The position numbers and the translations under genes were made by a program. The notes beneath the pieces are model-generated. The model saw only the letters and a list, made by a program, of their open reading frames with translations, searched no databases and was not told where the DNA came from. From contig JAOAKA010000003.1 in NCBI GenBank assembly GCA_026413885.1, forward strand, positions 72,784 to 96,783: a stretch of 24,000 bases of DNA, given 5' to 3'. Origin of the DNA: Sulfolobales archaeon (GTDB lineage Archaea > Thermoproteota > Thermoprotei_A > Sulfolobales > NBVN01). This document shows, piece by piece, positions 23,876 to 24,000 of the stretch (positions are counted from its first letter, which is position 1; every line of letters starts with the position of its first letter).

Positions 23876-24000
23876 TTGGGTGAGATCAAGAAGATTGAAG
23901 TAGTGGATGTTCCGCGAGCTGAAGGAGTTAACGTAATTCTCGGCCAGTCTCACTTTATAAAGACTGTTGAAGACATATATGAAGCACTAGCAACTTCTGT
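23876..24000 (+). CDS. Partial CDS (5' end only), conserved archaeal protein; resembles the N-terminus of the 'adenosine-specific kinase'-type family
   Basis: Hand translation from TTG 23876: [41 protein letters not shown]. It runs off the window end. There is an in-frame stop at 23855-23857 and a TATA-like CTATTTTTAG at 23833-23842. The family call is from memory and weak. Confidence 0.4.
   Translation, partial: MGEIKKIEVVDVPRAEGVNVILGQSHFIKTVEDIYEALATS

Overview
Chromosomal window from a crenarchaeon. Evidence for that placement: EF-1alpha carries the eocyte-type GEFEAGMSPEGQTREH insertion, EF-1alpha, S10 and tRNA-Ser are in the known crenarchaeal order, cas genes are type I-A style, and GC is roughly mid-40s % by eye. 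Finer taxonomy cannot be assigned from the sequence. Left part (1-11 kb): a DUF488 protein, two paralogous small membrane proteins, and a 56-aa YHS/TRASH metallochaperone ORF missing from the ORF track. A long minus-strand run follows, listed in plus-coordinate order (it is transcribed in the reverse order): CPC-type Cu(I) P1B-ATPase, TusA-like protein, IscU, IscS, a thioredoxin-CcdA/DsbD fusion, an anchored CPHC thioredoxin-fold protein, and a four-subunit 2-oxoacid:ferredoxin oxidoreductase. Centre: an ambiguous 570-bp spacer region, a HypC-hotdog thioesterase fusion ORF, then a CRISPR array of 36 repeats plus 1 truncated copy. The 24-nt repeat is transcribed from the minus strand and ends in an ATTGAAAG handle. 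Next is a 440-bp leader/divergent-promoter region holding five copies of a TCCCA-N9-TGGGA dyad, then csa1-cas1-cas2-cas4-csa3-cas6. No effector genes are present in the window. Right part: tRNA-Ser(GGA), ribosomal protein S10, EF-1alpha, an MtnA-like isomerase, a small GNAT, Spt4, Rpo7/E' and a partial ORF. The observations most worth following up are the dyad array in the leader, the damaged leader-proximal repeat, the HypC-thioesterase fusion, and the copper/Fe-S/thiol-disulfide gene neighbourhood. No database searches were possible, so all family calls rest on motifs read by eye.
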